From Asterias rubens (taxonomy: Eukaryota): a DNA stretch of 64,000 nucleotides. The translations under genes and the position numbers were made by a program. The stretch lies in contig NC_047070.1 of the NCBI RefSeq assembly GCF_902459465.1, positions 15,624,001 to 15,688,000 on the forward strand. Reading direction: 5' to 3'. Below the pieces are notes generated by a model that was not told the DNA's origin, ran no database searches, and saw only the letters and a program-made list of their open reading frames with translations. Positions 24,471-38,425 of this stretch are shown here, one piece after another; the first letter of the stretch is position 1, and each line of letters begins with the position of its first letter.

Positions 24471-27400
24471 TAAAATTATTCGCAATTTCTGGCCTACGGG
24501 TTAAAGTGATGCTGTCACGTTGGGGATCTCGCTGTCATTCAAGAACGATTGAAAACAATAATACGAACACGACTGATGTTTCATCATGACTTTTCCGACT
24601 AAAAAAAACACTCGATTTTCAAACTTGTTTAACTCGTAAACTGTTATTTAGTCATCCCACACAGTAGTCTTGATAATTTGAGTAACAACCGCACTTAAAA
24701 TGCTTATCAGAAATACATCTTGTTTGACCGAAAAGAATTTATTTCAACTGTAAAATAAGGATGATGCATTAAGTGTAGTGACATGTGCAATGCCGTTATA
24801 AACCAAAAGACAGGAAATCATGCGTCTTAAGAAAATTGTTGGAAGTTTTCTTCTATGGTGAAACTTCAGTATTTGAATCGATCGCTGCTGTAAAATTTTT
24901 TCAAACCTCTTGTTTTGTTTTACCTTCCCTTTGGGAGATTGTACGCGGACGTTGGAAATAACTTTGATTTATGAAGATTCATAGGTAGATTTTTACAAAC
25001 CTTCGTGCCTATATTCAGCACGAAGTCTCTAATTTTAATATCTGCTCAAGATGATAACAATCAGCGATTTTATATCTTCTTATAAATCGACGAGAAACAC
25101 ACGCCTAATACTACCTGCCGCTGCCTGTCAGTCGAATAAACCTCATCATTACGTATGCAGTGTCTTTTGAGTAGCTTCGATGTTTGCTGTACTGCTTCCA
25201 TTGTACAAATAACACCAAATAACCAATAGAACACTTGAATCTTTATAAAAAGATGGCCATAATCTCACCTCCTTATCTATAACTGAGATACTTAGAAGAG
25301 CCTATTTACATCCTGTCTTAAGATGAATTCGATACTCTTGATGTATTGCCAATATCCGAGTCTTGTAACTTAAATCATTCCACTTGACCACTCATATACA
25401 CGTTATGACGTGGGATTTAAAAGACACTGAAATCATGCTTATATTTCGTAATGATATTTTCAAGTATTGTATATGGTCAAACAAACAAAAATTACGTCAT
25501 GTGATGAAGTTTTTTTTCTTTTTCTTTGTTGTTGTATAAAACGTTTAAAGATAGTTGAGGCTGTTGCATGGATAGCGTATAACGTTTGATGAGCAATAAC
25601 ATCCCAATGAAAGGCATTTGAATATCCCTCCAGAGCCTACCATTGGCATAACACAGCCACTATTTATTCTCTTTACAAAAAAAACCACATCTCTTGCAAG
25701 TTCAATCATGGAGGTAGAATTAGCTACCTCCATGGTTCAATGGGCCCTCCCGCATGTGTTTCTTGATATCTTATCTAGCATACGTCAGTCATGTGGCGTT
25801 AGTTCCCTCGAATTTTATTTGATGTTATCACTGTAAAATCAACGTGCTCTACTCGTAGACAGTAGACTTGTCTCCACTGTGACTTATATAGCCCCAGTCT
25901 TAGAAGCGCTTGCTTCGGGATCGAAGCAGTCAGGCACTCCTCTCGCAGTCTGATGATGACAAGATTACAAGACTGTGCCTGGATCTCTAGTCCAGTCGCA
26001 ACTTGTTAAACATAGAATCAAGTTTATTTAAAGACGCTCAAGTGCTTTGTCAAATCTCCCCCTTCAAGTGAAAACCGTGGTGTGACTCAAATGACGCCTA
26101 GCTGGAAATGAAGTGTTTTATAATAGCGAAATTGCGTTAATAACCTCAGTAAACCAGGCAAATTAATGTTACATTTATATAGGGAATGAGAGAGGGCCTA
26201 CGTCAATTTGCAGACTGTGCTTTTATTAGATGTCATGGTAACGGGAGAGTGACGCCTCTATATCATTAGAGATCATGAACTAACATGATTACTAATCAAA
26301 GATTGGAAGTTGGGCATCTAATAATGTTGACCTAAACTTTCCCAAAAGCACGCGTTGACATCGAGTGCACTTTGTGATGTCCCATGTAGATTCTCTTTTC
26401 TTATTCAGGGTTATTCACCTATTATTACTAATCATGTTATTGTTCAAAGGACCGGCAAACATGAAGATCTCCATTTCAGCATGTGACCTCTTCTCGCAAG
26501 TTTGTTCTCGTCGTAGCTGTGTGTAAAAACTGATGACAATAGCCCATTTTGCACGAGCGCCATCTTAAAAAAATGTACCGCAATGCATTTTGCGAAACCG
26601 GTACAGTTAAGAAACAAATCAAGCTGCTGATACTGCAGTTGATAAGTAACTATGCCAGGTTTTTTTAGTTGTCCGCATCGCTTCAAAAATCAGAACACCA
26701 CTATGGTTGCCTGTGTTGCTTATACTCAGATTTCACCCATAGTCCGTTTCCCGCCGATCATGCGCATTTGGCCATGCGGTGCGGGCTTTTTCTAAAATTG
26801 AGCAGGCCTGACTTCAGACACGGTTGGCAAGCTCTGACCCAGATGAGGATAGATGTAATATAATTTAACACATCTACCAATAATTAACACGGATAGGTGA
26901 CCCATATTATTGCGGTAGGTTCCTTCAATTACCGCCGGTTCATCATATTTTATCTCATGTGTGTGGCTCATGATGAACTTTCAAGTTCATTATTCGTTTC
27001 GAACGACCTTGAATGTGGACCGATGTTTTTCATGGAGCAAGGTCGAGTTCCGACGATTTGTCAAGCCTATAAGATGCGATAAGAGTTTTACTGGAAAAAT
27101 TCAAACTAGCCTTGATTTAAACAGTACAGACGAAAACACACGAACAAAATTATAACAATCAACTGACAGATTGATTAAAAGAACAATACAATTAGAATAT
27201 CAAGTATAACTTTTGTTTACATACCTACGCCTGCGATTTATCGTGGGTACTAGGCAAAATTGACCAATATCTTTTCAAAGCTTTTGAATAATGGTTTTAT
27301 TAGTAAATTGAAAATATGTAAAAAATTGTACCGGGAATGAAAAATACTAAGTAACACTTATCTTTCTACCACACATCAAAAGGGGGAAATGGTAAACGAA

Positions 27401-30302
27401 ACGAAATACCAAGTAAATATTTGAGTCGCAAGTGTTGTATGATTGAACTTTATTCACGCAGATATCACAATGGACCAGACGGTAAAATTTCTAATGCAGG
27501 TGGCTAGAGTCTTGAGAGAAAAAAATCCTGTTTTCCTTCAACGAGTAATTGATGTGGGTTCAGCGTCTTACGAGAGAGGTGACATGGCAACCGCACAGAC
27601 AGAAAGTGCACAAAAGTGTTTCCCTTTATTCAAGACACTGTTTGTTGTCCCTTTCAGAAGTTTAACTCGGGCCGCTAGCTAGGGTGATGTAAGTTGAGAA
27701 ATCAGATCCAGACAAAAAACAATCTTTTTAAGATTTCACTTTTTATAATAGTGTTATATTGAGGTTTGCATACGTCATCGGATCCCAATTTTTTCCCTTT
27801 GGGAATCACCACTGACTTATCCGCATTCTTCGAAGCCCCCACTTAGTTAAGATTAAAACTCCATCGGAAGCAAACCTCGTCAAGACCTCGGTTAGTCTCA
27901 AGACGCTCTCACCTCACCGACAATCTTAGATCGTCAACACGAGTAGAATAACACCAAGGGTAAAAACAGAGAAAGTGAGATGAACTTTATAATTCCTTGC
28001 AAAGAAGATTCCCCTGGTTGTTATTCGCACCAAAGACCCAGAACTACTTAAAAGATTACATCCCCTTAGACCATATGTTTTGAGGTATACCTTACAAGAT
28101 AGCCTTGACAGGCGCCTATTGTTAACAATTGATATCTATCATACAAAATTATTGCCTGGTCATCTTAGATACTGAATATCACCCTTGTGACGTGTCCTCG
28201 TATTATATGTCTTCAATGAGTGAAAGTCAACAATGTGAGAAGCTTTGTCAACCAAAAATAAACAGCCAATGGATTGTATCTTTGAATTTTTTAACCAATA
28301 ATTTCGTTCTAGTTAAGAAACGAGTCGTGCAGGTGTCACGAAATGTTTTCAAATTGGTTAGCTTTCATGTTAAGAGTTACATACCAATAATTCATCTTCC
28401 ATTGATGGCCCTTTTAATATACGGTTTAGCCACCTCCCGAGTCAATCGAATGACGTATCAACAGCCCACTTCAAACCAATCGGTGTCTCCTTTTACACTA
28501 CAACCGCTTCACAAGGGATGGTCATAACATGACTTGAAAGCTCACATCTTACATATCTACCTAGATTCTGTATGTTGTGAAATCATCTATCTTTTCTTAT
28601 CCATCACCCATCACTTCATCTTAAAGAAGGAAAGACGTTCTGCCTTTCACGTCTGTGCAAACTGTCTGCTTAATTACATCGTCAGGACATCCCTACTGAT
28701 TTCCGGCTGTGGTCTCCATAGTGCTCCCCTTCCTCTCAACTTCGTTCTCGTGATTTCTCGCGGGATGTTTTCTTTTACACATTGGCCTATGAGCATCTCG
28801 ACTAATCTTGAAATCCGTTTGTCAAGAGTGTCAAATACGGGTAACTCTTACAGTGGATAAAATGTTCTGTTTAAGACGGCGCTGTTAAGTGTTCCGGGGT
28901 ACTGTCAATACTTATTTATTGCGAGAAAGCATTGAGATGATTTTGCATCTCTAGACTGTGGTACCATCTTAAGATTTAAGTCTAATTGTTTATAGAAGAC
29001 TGGATGTGGGTATAGATCTGTACACGGATGATGGCATTATTCCTACTATTCAGCTCGACCAGTTCAACTCTAATACCCATAAAAACATTGTTGGTACAAT
29101 TCCAATATTTCGATTTTACACCTGAATTCAGTTTCAGTTTCAGTTTGACTCGCAATATCATTGCATCTGTGATCCATGCAGCCCTTTGATTTTTTTTTTG
29201 ATATGTTCGAAACGACAGGCCACCAACTGTATTGCATTTATATGTCTTTTTTTCGTTGGTCAGCAAGTTGCTGCAGCTTGTCAAGCATACAAGCCGTACA
29301 ATTATTCATGCCATCTTCTTCTTTCTATTTATCTACCACTGTTTAATTCCTTTGCCTTCAATTGACAATACTCACATGATCAAACTAATTTATGTGAGTG
29401 GAAACTTCAAGAGACTACTCGGCTCTCTACTCTAGTTTACTTCTTCTTGTGTGTCTTGTTCTCTTCTCTTTACTATGTGTAATTAATCTATTCACAGCGG
29501 AACTGCTGAAAGTGAGAAGATCTTGTCAGGTTTTGTCAACGGCTTGAATGACGTTCTCTGTAGCAGTCAGTAGAAACAAAAAAACTTGACTTGTTGTTTC
29601 TCGGAAACTCATCAAGAGTTGATCATGATAATACTCTCTATGGAAAAGTGTCAAGTTGTGGACAATACTGTATTGACTGGCAGTAAATTGTTATGGTGTG
29701 GTAATCGGCTACTGTGATGAAGTTGTCATATTTTTTTACCTGTTAATTATAACGATGTGTGCCACTGAGATGAGAGAGCGGAACAATGAAACTGCCTTTA
29801 AATGGAAGACGCAAATAAGGGCCCAGGGTAATTACTTCCGGAGTGTTCAATCATCATTCCATTCTGAAGGACTACTGACGTAAGCAAACTCTTAGAGACA
29901 AAATCAATAAATACAAGTTGTCTTTTGATGAATACGGTAGCCATCTTTGTTAACGATAAAACAACTTAGAGTTGTGCTCAGAAATTGTGTCTATACCTGT
30001 AACCTTTAACGCTGCATTTGATCACAATCAAATTTTTGGATTTTTCTGATTGTCTAGAGTGATGTTTAAAACAATGATTATCGGGACCAGCTGTTACAAT
30101 GACAACCAATTTGGCTTATGTAACGTTCTTTAATGTGTGTTTTTCTTTTTTCAAGACAAATTCTATATGTTTTGTTTGCCAAATCAAACTCGGTAGTGTT
30201 ATGGGAAATGTATTTGAAAAACGATGGATAACACTCTTTATATAACACCCAAGCAGATCCTTGCCATTTGATTGGAGGATTGTCCGTCACGTGATAGCAA
30301 AT

Positions 30303-30417
30303 AAAAGTACCATTGCACGCTGAGTCACTCACCGTGCTTTTTCGTTCCATCCGAAAAGTACCATTGCACGCTGGCAGCGTGCAATGGTACTTTTCGGATG
30401 GAACGAAAAAGCTGAGT
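30303..30417. repeat. Perfect 38-bp-arm palindrome with an extra direct copy of 20 bp
   Basis: Arms 30336-30373 and 30375-30412 are exact reverse complements around a 1-nt loop; 30303-30322 equals 30354-30373. Confidence 0.95.
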
Positions 30418-30591
30418 AAAAACATCACTGCGTGCGCGTGTCTTTGGTAACGCAGCAGGTGTTACTACAATTACAAGAAGGCATCGTAAAATTACTAGCA
30501 TTCGGCTTATACAGTTGAAATTGTTTGTTGAGTGAGAGTTGTATCTTTCAATCAAAATGACAAAGATCTACTTGGATGTTATATAAAACAA

Positions 30592-30747
30592 ATAATGAAT
30601 GTTTTTCATTCGTGCAATGGTGCAAATATGTTCATTCGTTGAAAGATGGAATGTTCCATTCAACTCGGCTCCGCCTCGTTGAATAGAACATTCCATCTTT
30701 CAACTCATGAACATATTCGCACCATTGCACTCATAAACATTCATTAT
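30592..30747. mobile_element. Imperfect 156-bp palindromic element (Crypton/Eulor-like, tentative)
   Basis: Arms ATAATGAATGTTT...TTGAAAGATGGAATGTTC / GAACATTCCATCTTTCAA...AAACATTCATTAT with central CTCGGCTCCGCCTCG. Confidence 0.65.
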
Positions 30748-32901
30748 GTGTATATTATCTTCAAGTACGCGCTAATCCTCCAATCAGATTTGCAGAATGG
30801 AGTGGTGATAAAAACCTATATTGCACGGCTAATATCACTACCTGCGTATAGTACTTTTACGAAGCAAAGCGGAGAGCCGCGCTTTTTTAGAGGTTGATCA
30901 CTATACTCATGAAGATATCCACCGAGTTTTATTGAAACTCTCCGATAAAAAAAAGAAAAAGATTTAATACAATCCCTTGTGAACAGCCTCCCACTTCAAC
31001 TCAGCCAAGCAGATACTTTTTCGAAATCATTGCTTCGGCCTTCGTTTTGCAGAGTATCATCCCTGACAGACATGGTGCACTAGAAAATGTTAATATTATA
31101 ATTATTTATTATACGTCATGCTTAGAAAGTGTACGTCCTGATTTAAATAAGACTTTAATGTGCTGAACATGAGAAACACGATTATGTTAGCCTTAAATTA
31201 ATCAAATATCGATGGACCTGACCTTTAAGAATCAGATCACGTGTAAATATCACATTTCTTAACTTTATCATCTTTACAAACCACCAAATGGAAAATTTAG
31301 TGACCGGTTGGATGGTTCGTGTAATGTTATAAAGCGCATTCGGAAATGAAATTTTCTTGGGCATTGTTAAGGTAGAGGTGTTGATCTACATGCTTGATTC
31401 ACTCTTGTTCATACTTGCAATATCACCTCAGGGGGATCGCATACCCCAAAAAGACACCGCAATAGTTCGTGATACCCGCGGGGTATCGTTTCATTCAGAT
31501 GAGTTGACTATCCCTAAAGGATCCAGCCACTGTGTGAAATATTCAAACATATTTACGCAAATAGACCACATCTTTTCAAACTGCTGCAGTATGATATTGG
31601 TTTATGCCACCATTGTGGGCATGGGTGTATAAACAAACAACTACAACAAGGTCGCTTTGGTGATGGCGTTTCTGTCGGGGCAGTCCTTATCTTTCATAAA
31701 GGACGAATTAATTGATAAGTTCCGTATAAGAGAGAAACGTGCAATTTATGCAGGCGTGTTTTGACCAGAGGGTTGTGTTCTGTGTTGACCAAACTATTGA
31801 GATTTTAAAAACTGCAACGACTCGTGGAAAACTTAAGACATGGAAATGTTTTAACATCTAAATAACATCTAAATTGTACTGACCAAATAACATATTTAGA
31901 TTAGACTGCAATGGTTCTAGGAAATATTAAGACATATTAACTGTTTAACTCCTAAATCATACTAAGTGTTTTTCCCGGGGAATTGTGTAAATTGTATTGA
32001 CCAGATATAGAGATTGTAGAAACTGCAAAGGTACTAGGAAAACGTAAGATATGGACATGTTGAAAAATCTAAATCATACTTGGTACAACTAACGTACCAA
32101 GATTCAATTCCCTGAATCCATACGTCAGTTATGAATCCGTCTGAAATGCCTCCTTTTTGTTTTGTTTTAATCAAACTTGTTTTCTTGTCTTGGAGGCAAA
32201 CAAACTGTACAAACAACATATAGAACATGGTGCCTCACCACTGATGGTCTGGGCATAATTTCAGCTAATCATTGTATCGAGAATCCTTGACACTTTGTGT
32301 CCTTAAGCAGAGGCATTTGGCCATTATTGCCTAATCCTTGGGATAGGATGAAAGACCCTACGGGTTATAAAAGAACCAAGCAAAGTCAAGGGTGTTTGGC
32401 TCGTTGTTTCTGTCATGGTCTTGCAGCAATGTACGCCACCTCACCTGTTATCACCCTAAATCTTTTTCCTTTCATAACCAATCAAATCACGCGTACTTTG
32501 ATTGAAAGTTTCAAATCCTACTTTTAGTCTTCCGGTACATATGCATTTATAAATCTCAAGGCTTATTAGTGGCAGTTTAAGTGAATGATAGTCAATCCCC
32601 AGCCACGGTCAGCGAGCCCGGAACGTCACAATGTACTTCCAAGATATTCAGAAAGTATCTATACTAAATGAGCGACAGAGCAATTGAATGTCAAGGCTAA
32701 ATAGTTTTCCGGCTGGTAAATCTTCGTCACTTTCTTTAAGTCCCATCTCTTAAGACTTCCCCTCCCTCCTGCTGTAAAACGTTCCTCTGCTATTATTATG
32801 AGCTAAAGGTAGCACAGGCGAAAATAAGGTGTTTTGGCGAGAAGTGTTATTTGTTTTCCTATATGGGAGCACTCCTGACTATTTGCGTTTGCTCTTTTCT
32901 C

Positions 32902-33276
32902 AAAGGCACTTACAACCGTTGGTAATTGTCAAAGACCAGTACTCTCACTTGGTGTATCCCAAAATACATGTATGAATACAATAACAAATTTGTGAAAACT
33001 TGGCTCAATTGGTCGTCGAAGTTGCAAGATAAAAATGACAGAAGAAAAAACACCCTTTTTGCACAAGTGTGCTTTCAGATATCTTATAGAAGGCTTCAGG
33101 CCTGATGAAGTCTTTTAATATTTGAGTGAAAAATTACATCTTTCTAAAACTACGTTACTTCAGAGGGAGCCGTTTCTCACAATGATGTATACTTTCAATA
33201 TCTCTCCATTGCTCGTTACAAGTAACTTTTTATACTAACAGTTATGTTGAGTAAGTACCAATAGTGTCCATTCCTT
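32902..33276 (-). mobile_element. MITE family A, older subfamily
   Basis: TTGGTAATTGTCAAAGACCAGT at one end and ACCAATAGTGTCCA at the other; lacks the internal hairpin. Confidence 0.75.
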
Positions 33277-35029
33277 CAATCTACGTAATTATTAGAGGCT
33301 CGTCGTCTACTTTATCTGTTTTTATGATCATAATGACACAATCTGTATTTAAACCCATAGCGTGTCTTGGAGGTAAGATTTGTCCATCATGATCAAAATG
33401 TCTTCCATTGACTTATCCTTGTGTGGAATATTTGCAATAAATTTACATTAAAAAACCTTGACACGGACCAGCAAGTCTTGTTAGGAATCACCTCTGGGAG
33501 GCCTTCTCTTAAATGATCACTATCACTGCCAGTCAGTGAAACAACTAAGTATTGTCTGTGTCTTTTATAAACTAGACCCTAAGGGCCGAAAGGAAAGTTT
33601 CAAATTCAGGAAACATTGTAACATGAAATAATCATAATTTGGTACATCGGACATCGATACCAATGTGGCTGTTTACTTTGTACCTATTCATGATAAATTA
33701 TATTTCTATATTGTAGATTTATCTGGTTCGACAATTAGTACTTTCACACACAACAATTTAGGCGATTGTTAGAGATAACTTTGAAGTAAGTGATCCAAAC
33801 AGAAAGAACGAAAAAGACAAAGACACCGAAATAAAACGAATAACCTCGCACTAATACGCAATTGAGGTTCTTGATTTCATACGTAATTACATCTCAAACT
33901 AAATTCATCTTGCAAGTTAAATTGTTCCCGAGATTTGTAATCATAGATTCCACTATTTGGAGTGGTTGCTTTGGCTACAGGAGAAACAAGGGTTACTTCT
34001 GGACTAAACGGACCAGGTGTAACTCAAGACTCATACAAATGCAACATCGATCTAAATGAATATCAATACAATACTGTGAGAAATGACACAGAGGTGACAC
34101 TGGAAAGATATGATAACAAGAAGTCGAGACTCTTCTGTTGTTTTTGTTTAAATTTCCGATCCAGAGAGTTTCTCTGGGGATAAGATCTTGTGTTAGTGAA
34201 ACACATTCACCTTTGTCATATTTTTCCAAAAGTGGTTAAATTTGTTGTTTTGACATTTAAGGATCACACTGATATGACAGATGTACTTGTGAACAATCAG
34301 TGACACCTAAAACCCGTGGACGTACACTTTTTATTAAAGGGTATAGTGTGTGGCTATTCTTAAGAATACAAATTTTATATCTGTTAACAAAACTATTCTT
34401 TGAAATTATAAACAATATTCCTGTGTGCGGCGGTATACAACTCATTCTACGAATATCGTAAATGGCATTTCAATTAGATTGCTTACTGCCACTAGGGTGC
34501 ATGGCTTCAGCAACAACATCATAAACAATATGCCGACAAAGTTCACTTAATAATTAATTCTTTATGAGTATGGTTCGGTAAAAAAAAGTGCATGGTACAC
34601 ATAATTTTTACAAACAACTTGGCGACAACTTAATAATTGTTCGTTTCGATTGGATTGAAAAAAAAAAAAAAAAAAAAAAAAAAAACTGTTTCGGTGTTAC
34701 CACAGGACAAATTCAATCAACTTCGTTACAAGTACAAAGTAACAATGGAAGCAGTCGTCTGTTTAAAGCAGTCTTGGTACTGAAAAGGTGTCAAAGCGAT
34801 ACCTTGTTATTTCACATAACTTTAATTCATATACAACTGGTAAGGGAGATGGCCGTAGCTTTCGATACAGACCGGACCTTCTTTAGTGGCATAAACAAAA
34901 ACATAAACATACCGATTTATATTAAAAAAAGAGTAGAAACAGATTAATATATTATACACACACAATGTTCCCCGTATCGATGTTGCTTTTGACTTTTGGA
35001 ACAGTCCCTAAATTGATGCTAGAGTAATA

Positions 35030-35235
35030 TCTGAAGACAGCGAAACCGATGCAAAGTATCCAGTTCATCTGATTTGCATGTGGTTCCCAAATTTACTGAG
35101 AAACGTTACTGCAGTAACGCTTTTCAGATTTAAATTCTTTGTGGTACAAAGTGATACCTTTTTTCTCATAACCGCTTTACTTCGAAAAGAAAAGTCTCTC
35201 AAAATGTATTATCTACTATCCAAAGCTGCTGAGCT
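35030..35235 (-). repeat. Interspersed repeat family B fragment
   Basis: The reverse complement aligns with 6545-6720 (CAGCTTT.GATAG...CATTTTGAGA...TTCGAAG). Confidence 0.55.
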
Positions 35236-35611
35236 TCTAACCTAATAAGTTTTTATTGCAACTAATTTCCCTCTGGTATTCATCCACCGAGCGGTCAGTT
35301 TTAAGTGTATACTTTACACCTCATGTTTGCTATCAGAATATATGTTTAGATAACCGGATTAGAAGGTGAGGTGGTGCGGAAATCTGATATTTATATAACA
35401 AGATATTTATGAAAATTGCTCTTGGCTAAAAAGTTGCTAATCCAACACACATGAAGACACAATGTGACACTTTTTTGTCGGATCATGCTGTTAATGATTC
35501 TCTCGCTGTAAATGTCGATCCTTCAAAACTCTTGCTTTTACTGTCAAAGATCGTTTTCAATCATCGCACGGAATAGATCGTTATGGTTCTCAGGTGTTTC
35601 CGCTTGCTTAA

Positions 35612-35990
35612 AGGCAGTGGACACTATTGGTAATTACTCAAAATAATTATTAGCATAAAACCTTTCTTGGTTGTGAGTAATGGGGAGAGGTTGATGGTAT
35701 AAAACATTGTGAGAAACGGCTCCCTCTGAAGTGCCATAGTTTTTGAGAAAGAAGTAATTTTCCATGAATTTGATTTCGAGACCTCAGATTTAGAACTTGA
35801 GGTCTCGAAATCAACCATCTAAACGCACACAACTTCGTGTGACAAGGGTGTTTTCTTCTTTCATTATTATTTCGCAACTTTGATGACTGATTGAGCTCAA
35901 ATTTTCACAGGTTAGTTATTTTATGCATATGTTGAGATACACCAACTGTGAAGGCTAGTCTTTGACAATTACTAATAGTGTCCACTGCCT
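35612..35990 (+). mobile_element. MITE family A, full 379-bp copy
   Basis: TTAA at 35608-35611 and 35991-35994; near-perfect TIRs AGGCAGTGGACACTATT.GTAATT. Confidence 0.9.
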
Positions 35991-37200
35991 TTAAACACTT
36001 CAAAAGGCGGTTAGTTATAATTTATGTGGAAATACTTTATAGTATAAAGAAAAAAATTAGCTCTTGCAAACTGCTTTCCGACCAAAAGGACCCTATGTTA
36101 TCAATGCAAAAAGTCGTTTAAAAACAACCAGGCCATAATATACTGTATTGTTTACTTTTTGGTATATTTATATAACATTTGTTATGATATAATGTTAAGA
36201 GGTTGACTCTTTATTCGAGTTTTTAATGTTATAGCGAGAAAGAGGGAGTCATATGGGGCGCAGCTAATTGCTAATGCCGATGGTGTGTTTCATTTTAATA
36301 TTTTAAAAAGCGTAAACAAAATAAATAACACGATCTTTAGAGGTATGTAGAATTACATTGTGCTACATTATTAATCCAGACAAAAAATATATGTCGTCGG
36401 CTCTTGCTCGGAGTCGATCAATACCAAGAATATTAACAAAACGACACTTGAACAAAAGTTGATCAATAAGCTCCGTTATTACACAATATTATCTCATTAA
36501 ATTTAGCGATCACGCGTTAAGAGAACAAAAGTAAGAAATTAATACTGGAGCCCTTTTGCTGGCGGCTAGTTCTTCGATAATGACGCCGCCCTTGCGGCGG
36601 TATTATTATAACTCTATCCTCTTGGGTAGATCGACTGCTGAGTGGTAAGGGTGTGGAGCTAAATTAACTGGTTGTATGACCTCAAGGTATACCACTGTGT
36701 TGATGTTGTCTATCTTAGGATAGAAATACCGCACTTGGCGTCAAATACTGTAGTGTTTGACGTGTCAGATGCAAAATAACGGCGTACCTCATACATTTCA
36801 AATTTAATATATTAGAAAAGTAAAGTTTGTGGACGAATTGCCCGAGAAAAAAAATCATCTCAGTATCTGAGTGAATAACAAGTGAGATACATGTAGCTTT
36901 GAAAGCCTTTTAGTACTGGTAAAATGAAGTGTTTACACTCATCATTTAGTAGAGTAACTATTTAAAGTAATTTGTATTAAGAGATCACTTTTGGAAGGAA
37001 GGCTTCTGCTTGAATTTAGCGTCATTAAAAATTGATGTTTACCTTGACCTTCCAAGGACAAATCGATCTGAAAGTAGCGATTTACGAGTCATTATGCTCC
37101 ACTGACATGCTCCGATAATCATAGCGAGTGCACTGGCAAGTCTCTAATTTTGAGAAAACCCGATTCAGTTTGGATAAGTACTCGTGGAGCTTTGTATTAA

Positions 37201-37547
37201 AGACACTGTACATTATTGGTAAATACTCAAAATTATTGTTCATGCAAACTTGGAGAGCTGTTGAGTAGTAAAAAACATTGTGAGAAGTGAGAGTTTTTGA
37301 CAAAGGGGATTATCTCACTTAAATATTAAAAGACTGCATGCCTAAAGCCGTTTTAGTCATCTTGAAAGCTCTTCAAGTTGTGCAACAATGGTGTTTTTTA
37401 ATTTTTTTAATTTATTATTCTCTTGCAACTTCGATGACCAATTAAGTCCAAATTTTCACAGTTTTTTTTATATATATTTATGCATGTATTGGGATGCACA
37501 AAGTGAAAATACTAGTCTTTGTCAGTGACCAAACGTTTCCAGTGTCT
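37201..37547 (+). mobile_element. MITE family A, older subfamily
   Basis: TTAA|AGACACTGTACATTATTGGTAA start; degenerate TTTCCAGTGTCT end. Confidence 0.7.
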
Positions 37548-38239
37548 TGTAGCATTGCTGATTGTAATAGCCAAAATAAAACTTCAGGAAAATTTAAGGC
37601 AATTTATTTGCAAATGCAGTGTTTGTGAAGTCGAAATGAAACCGCTTCCTGTGCCAACTCCTTCGTTTACCTAAACAGCTATATAAATGGATTTTTCGAC
37701 TGACACATTCGAACCACATTCACTATGTCAATCATTAGTCGATGTTTCTATAGACAAGTTTTAATGCAATGTTCACATGATTTATTTGTTTGGCTATAAA
37801 CAGCGATTTTGAGTTAATGTAATCCCTGGGAACGTGTGGTTAATCTTCTGACTCAGTTCAGCCTCATTTTAATTCGTCAGGTACCACACTTTATCAAATA
37901 TGAAAAACCAATGCATTCCAATGAAATGCATTAATGATTTCGAGTGTAAAGCATGTATTATGCATTATAGATTATTATATTGAGAATCCAATAAAAAGGA
38001 ATTTGGGGATTTAGCTCAAACATCAAAGTAGCCCAACAGACGTTATATTACATTGGTAATAATGACTGAAATATTCAATATAATCTCTTAACTCAAGTGG
38101 GTGGGAGACTTCAATATTAATGACAGGTGTTTTGTATATCGTCCAAAACAAATCTACTGAATGTATCAAGATTTCTAAAAGCTGGCTTTGGGTATAAGCA
38201 AATGAGGTTCAAAATCTTTATGGTAAAAACAAAACTTAC

Positions 38240-38425
38240 CTGATCTTCACTGAAGCTTGATGGGTCCAAGAAAGTTTGTTGAGGGCGCCCTGCGGGAGCC
38301 GATCTCTTTCCCCCTGCTTTCCACCTGTTCTGTCCACCCATGGTGAACGTATTGTGGGCGCTACATACTAAAGAACCTAAAACTAGGGCTAGGTATATGG
38401 TGGCCGTAACCGAGTAACTCCCCAT
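38240..38425 (-). CDS. CRZP: Corazonin-type neuropeptide precursor, coding exon 1 (signal peptide + HNTFTMGGQNRWKAG-amide + GKR + start of associated peptide)
   Basis: ATG at 38425 gives MGSYSVTATIYLALVLGSLVCSA-HNTFTMGGQNRWKAG-GKR-SAPAGRPQQTFLDPSSFSEDQ (62 codons), followed by the donor CAG|GTAAGT at 38239. The mature peptide matches, from memory, starfish (Asterias rubens) corazonin. The ORF-track start at 38452 is a TTG and its tail runs into the intron. Confidence 0.96.

Larger units (their letters stand above)
19441..38239 (-). other. CRZP: 18.8-kb phase-0 GT-AG intron interrupting the corazonin-associated peptide
   Basis: Donor GTAAGT starts at 38239; acceptor TTTTTTCTGCAG ends at 19441; reading frame is continuous across the join. 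Confidence 0.9.
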
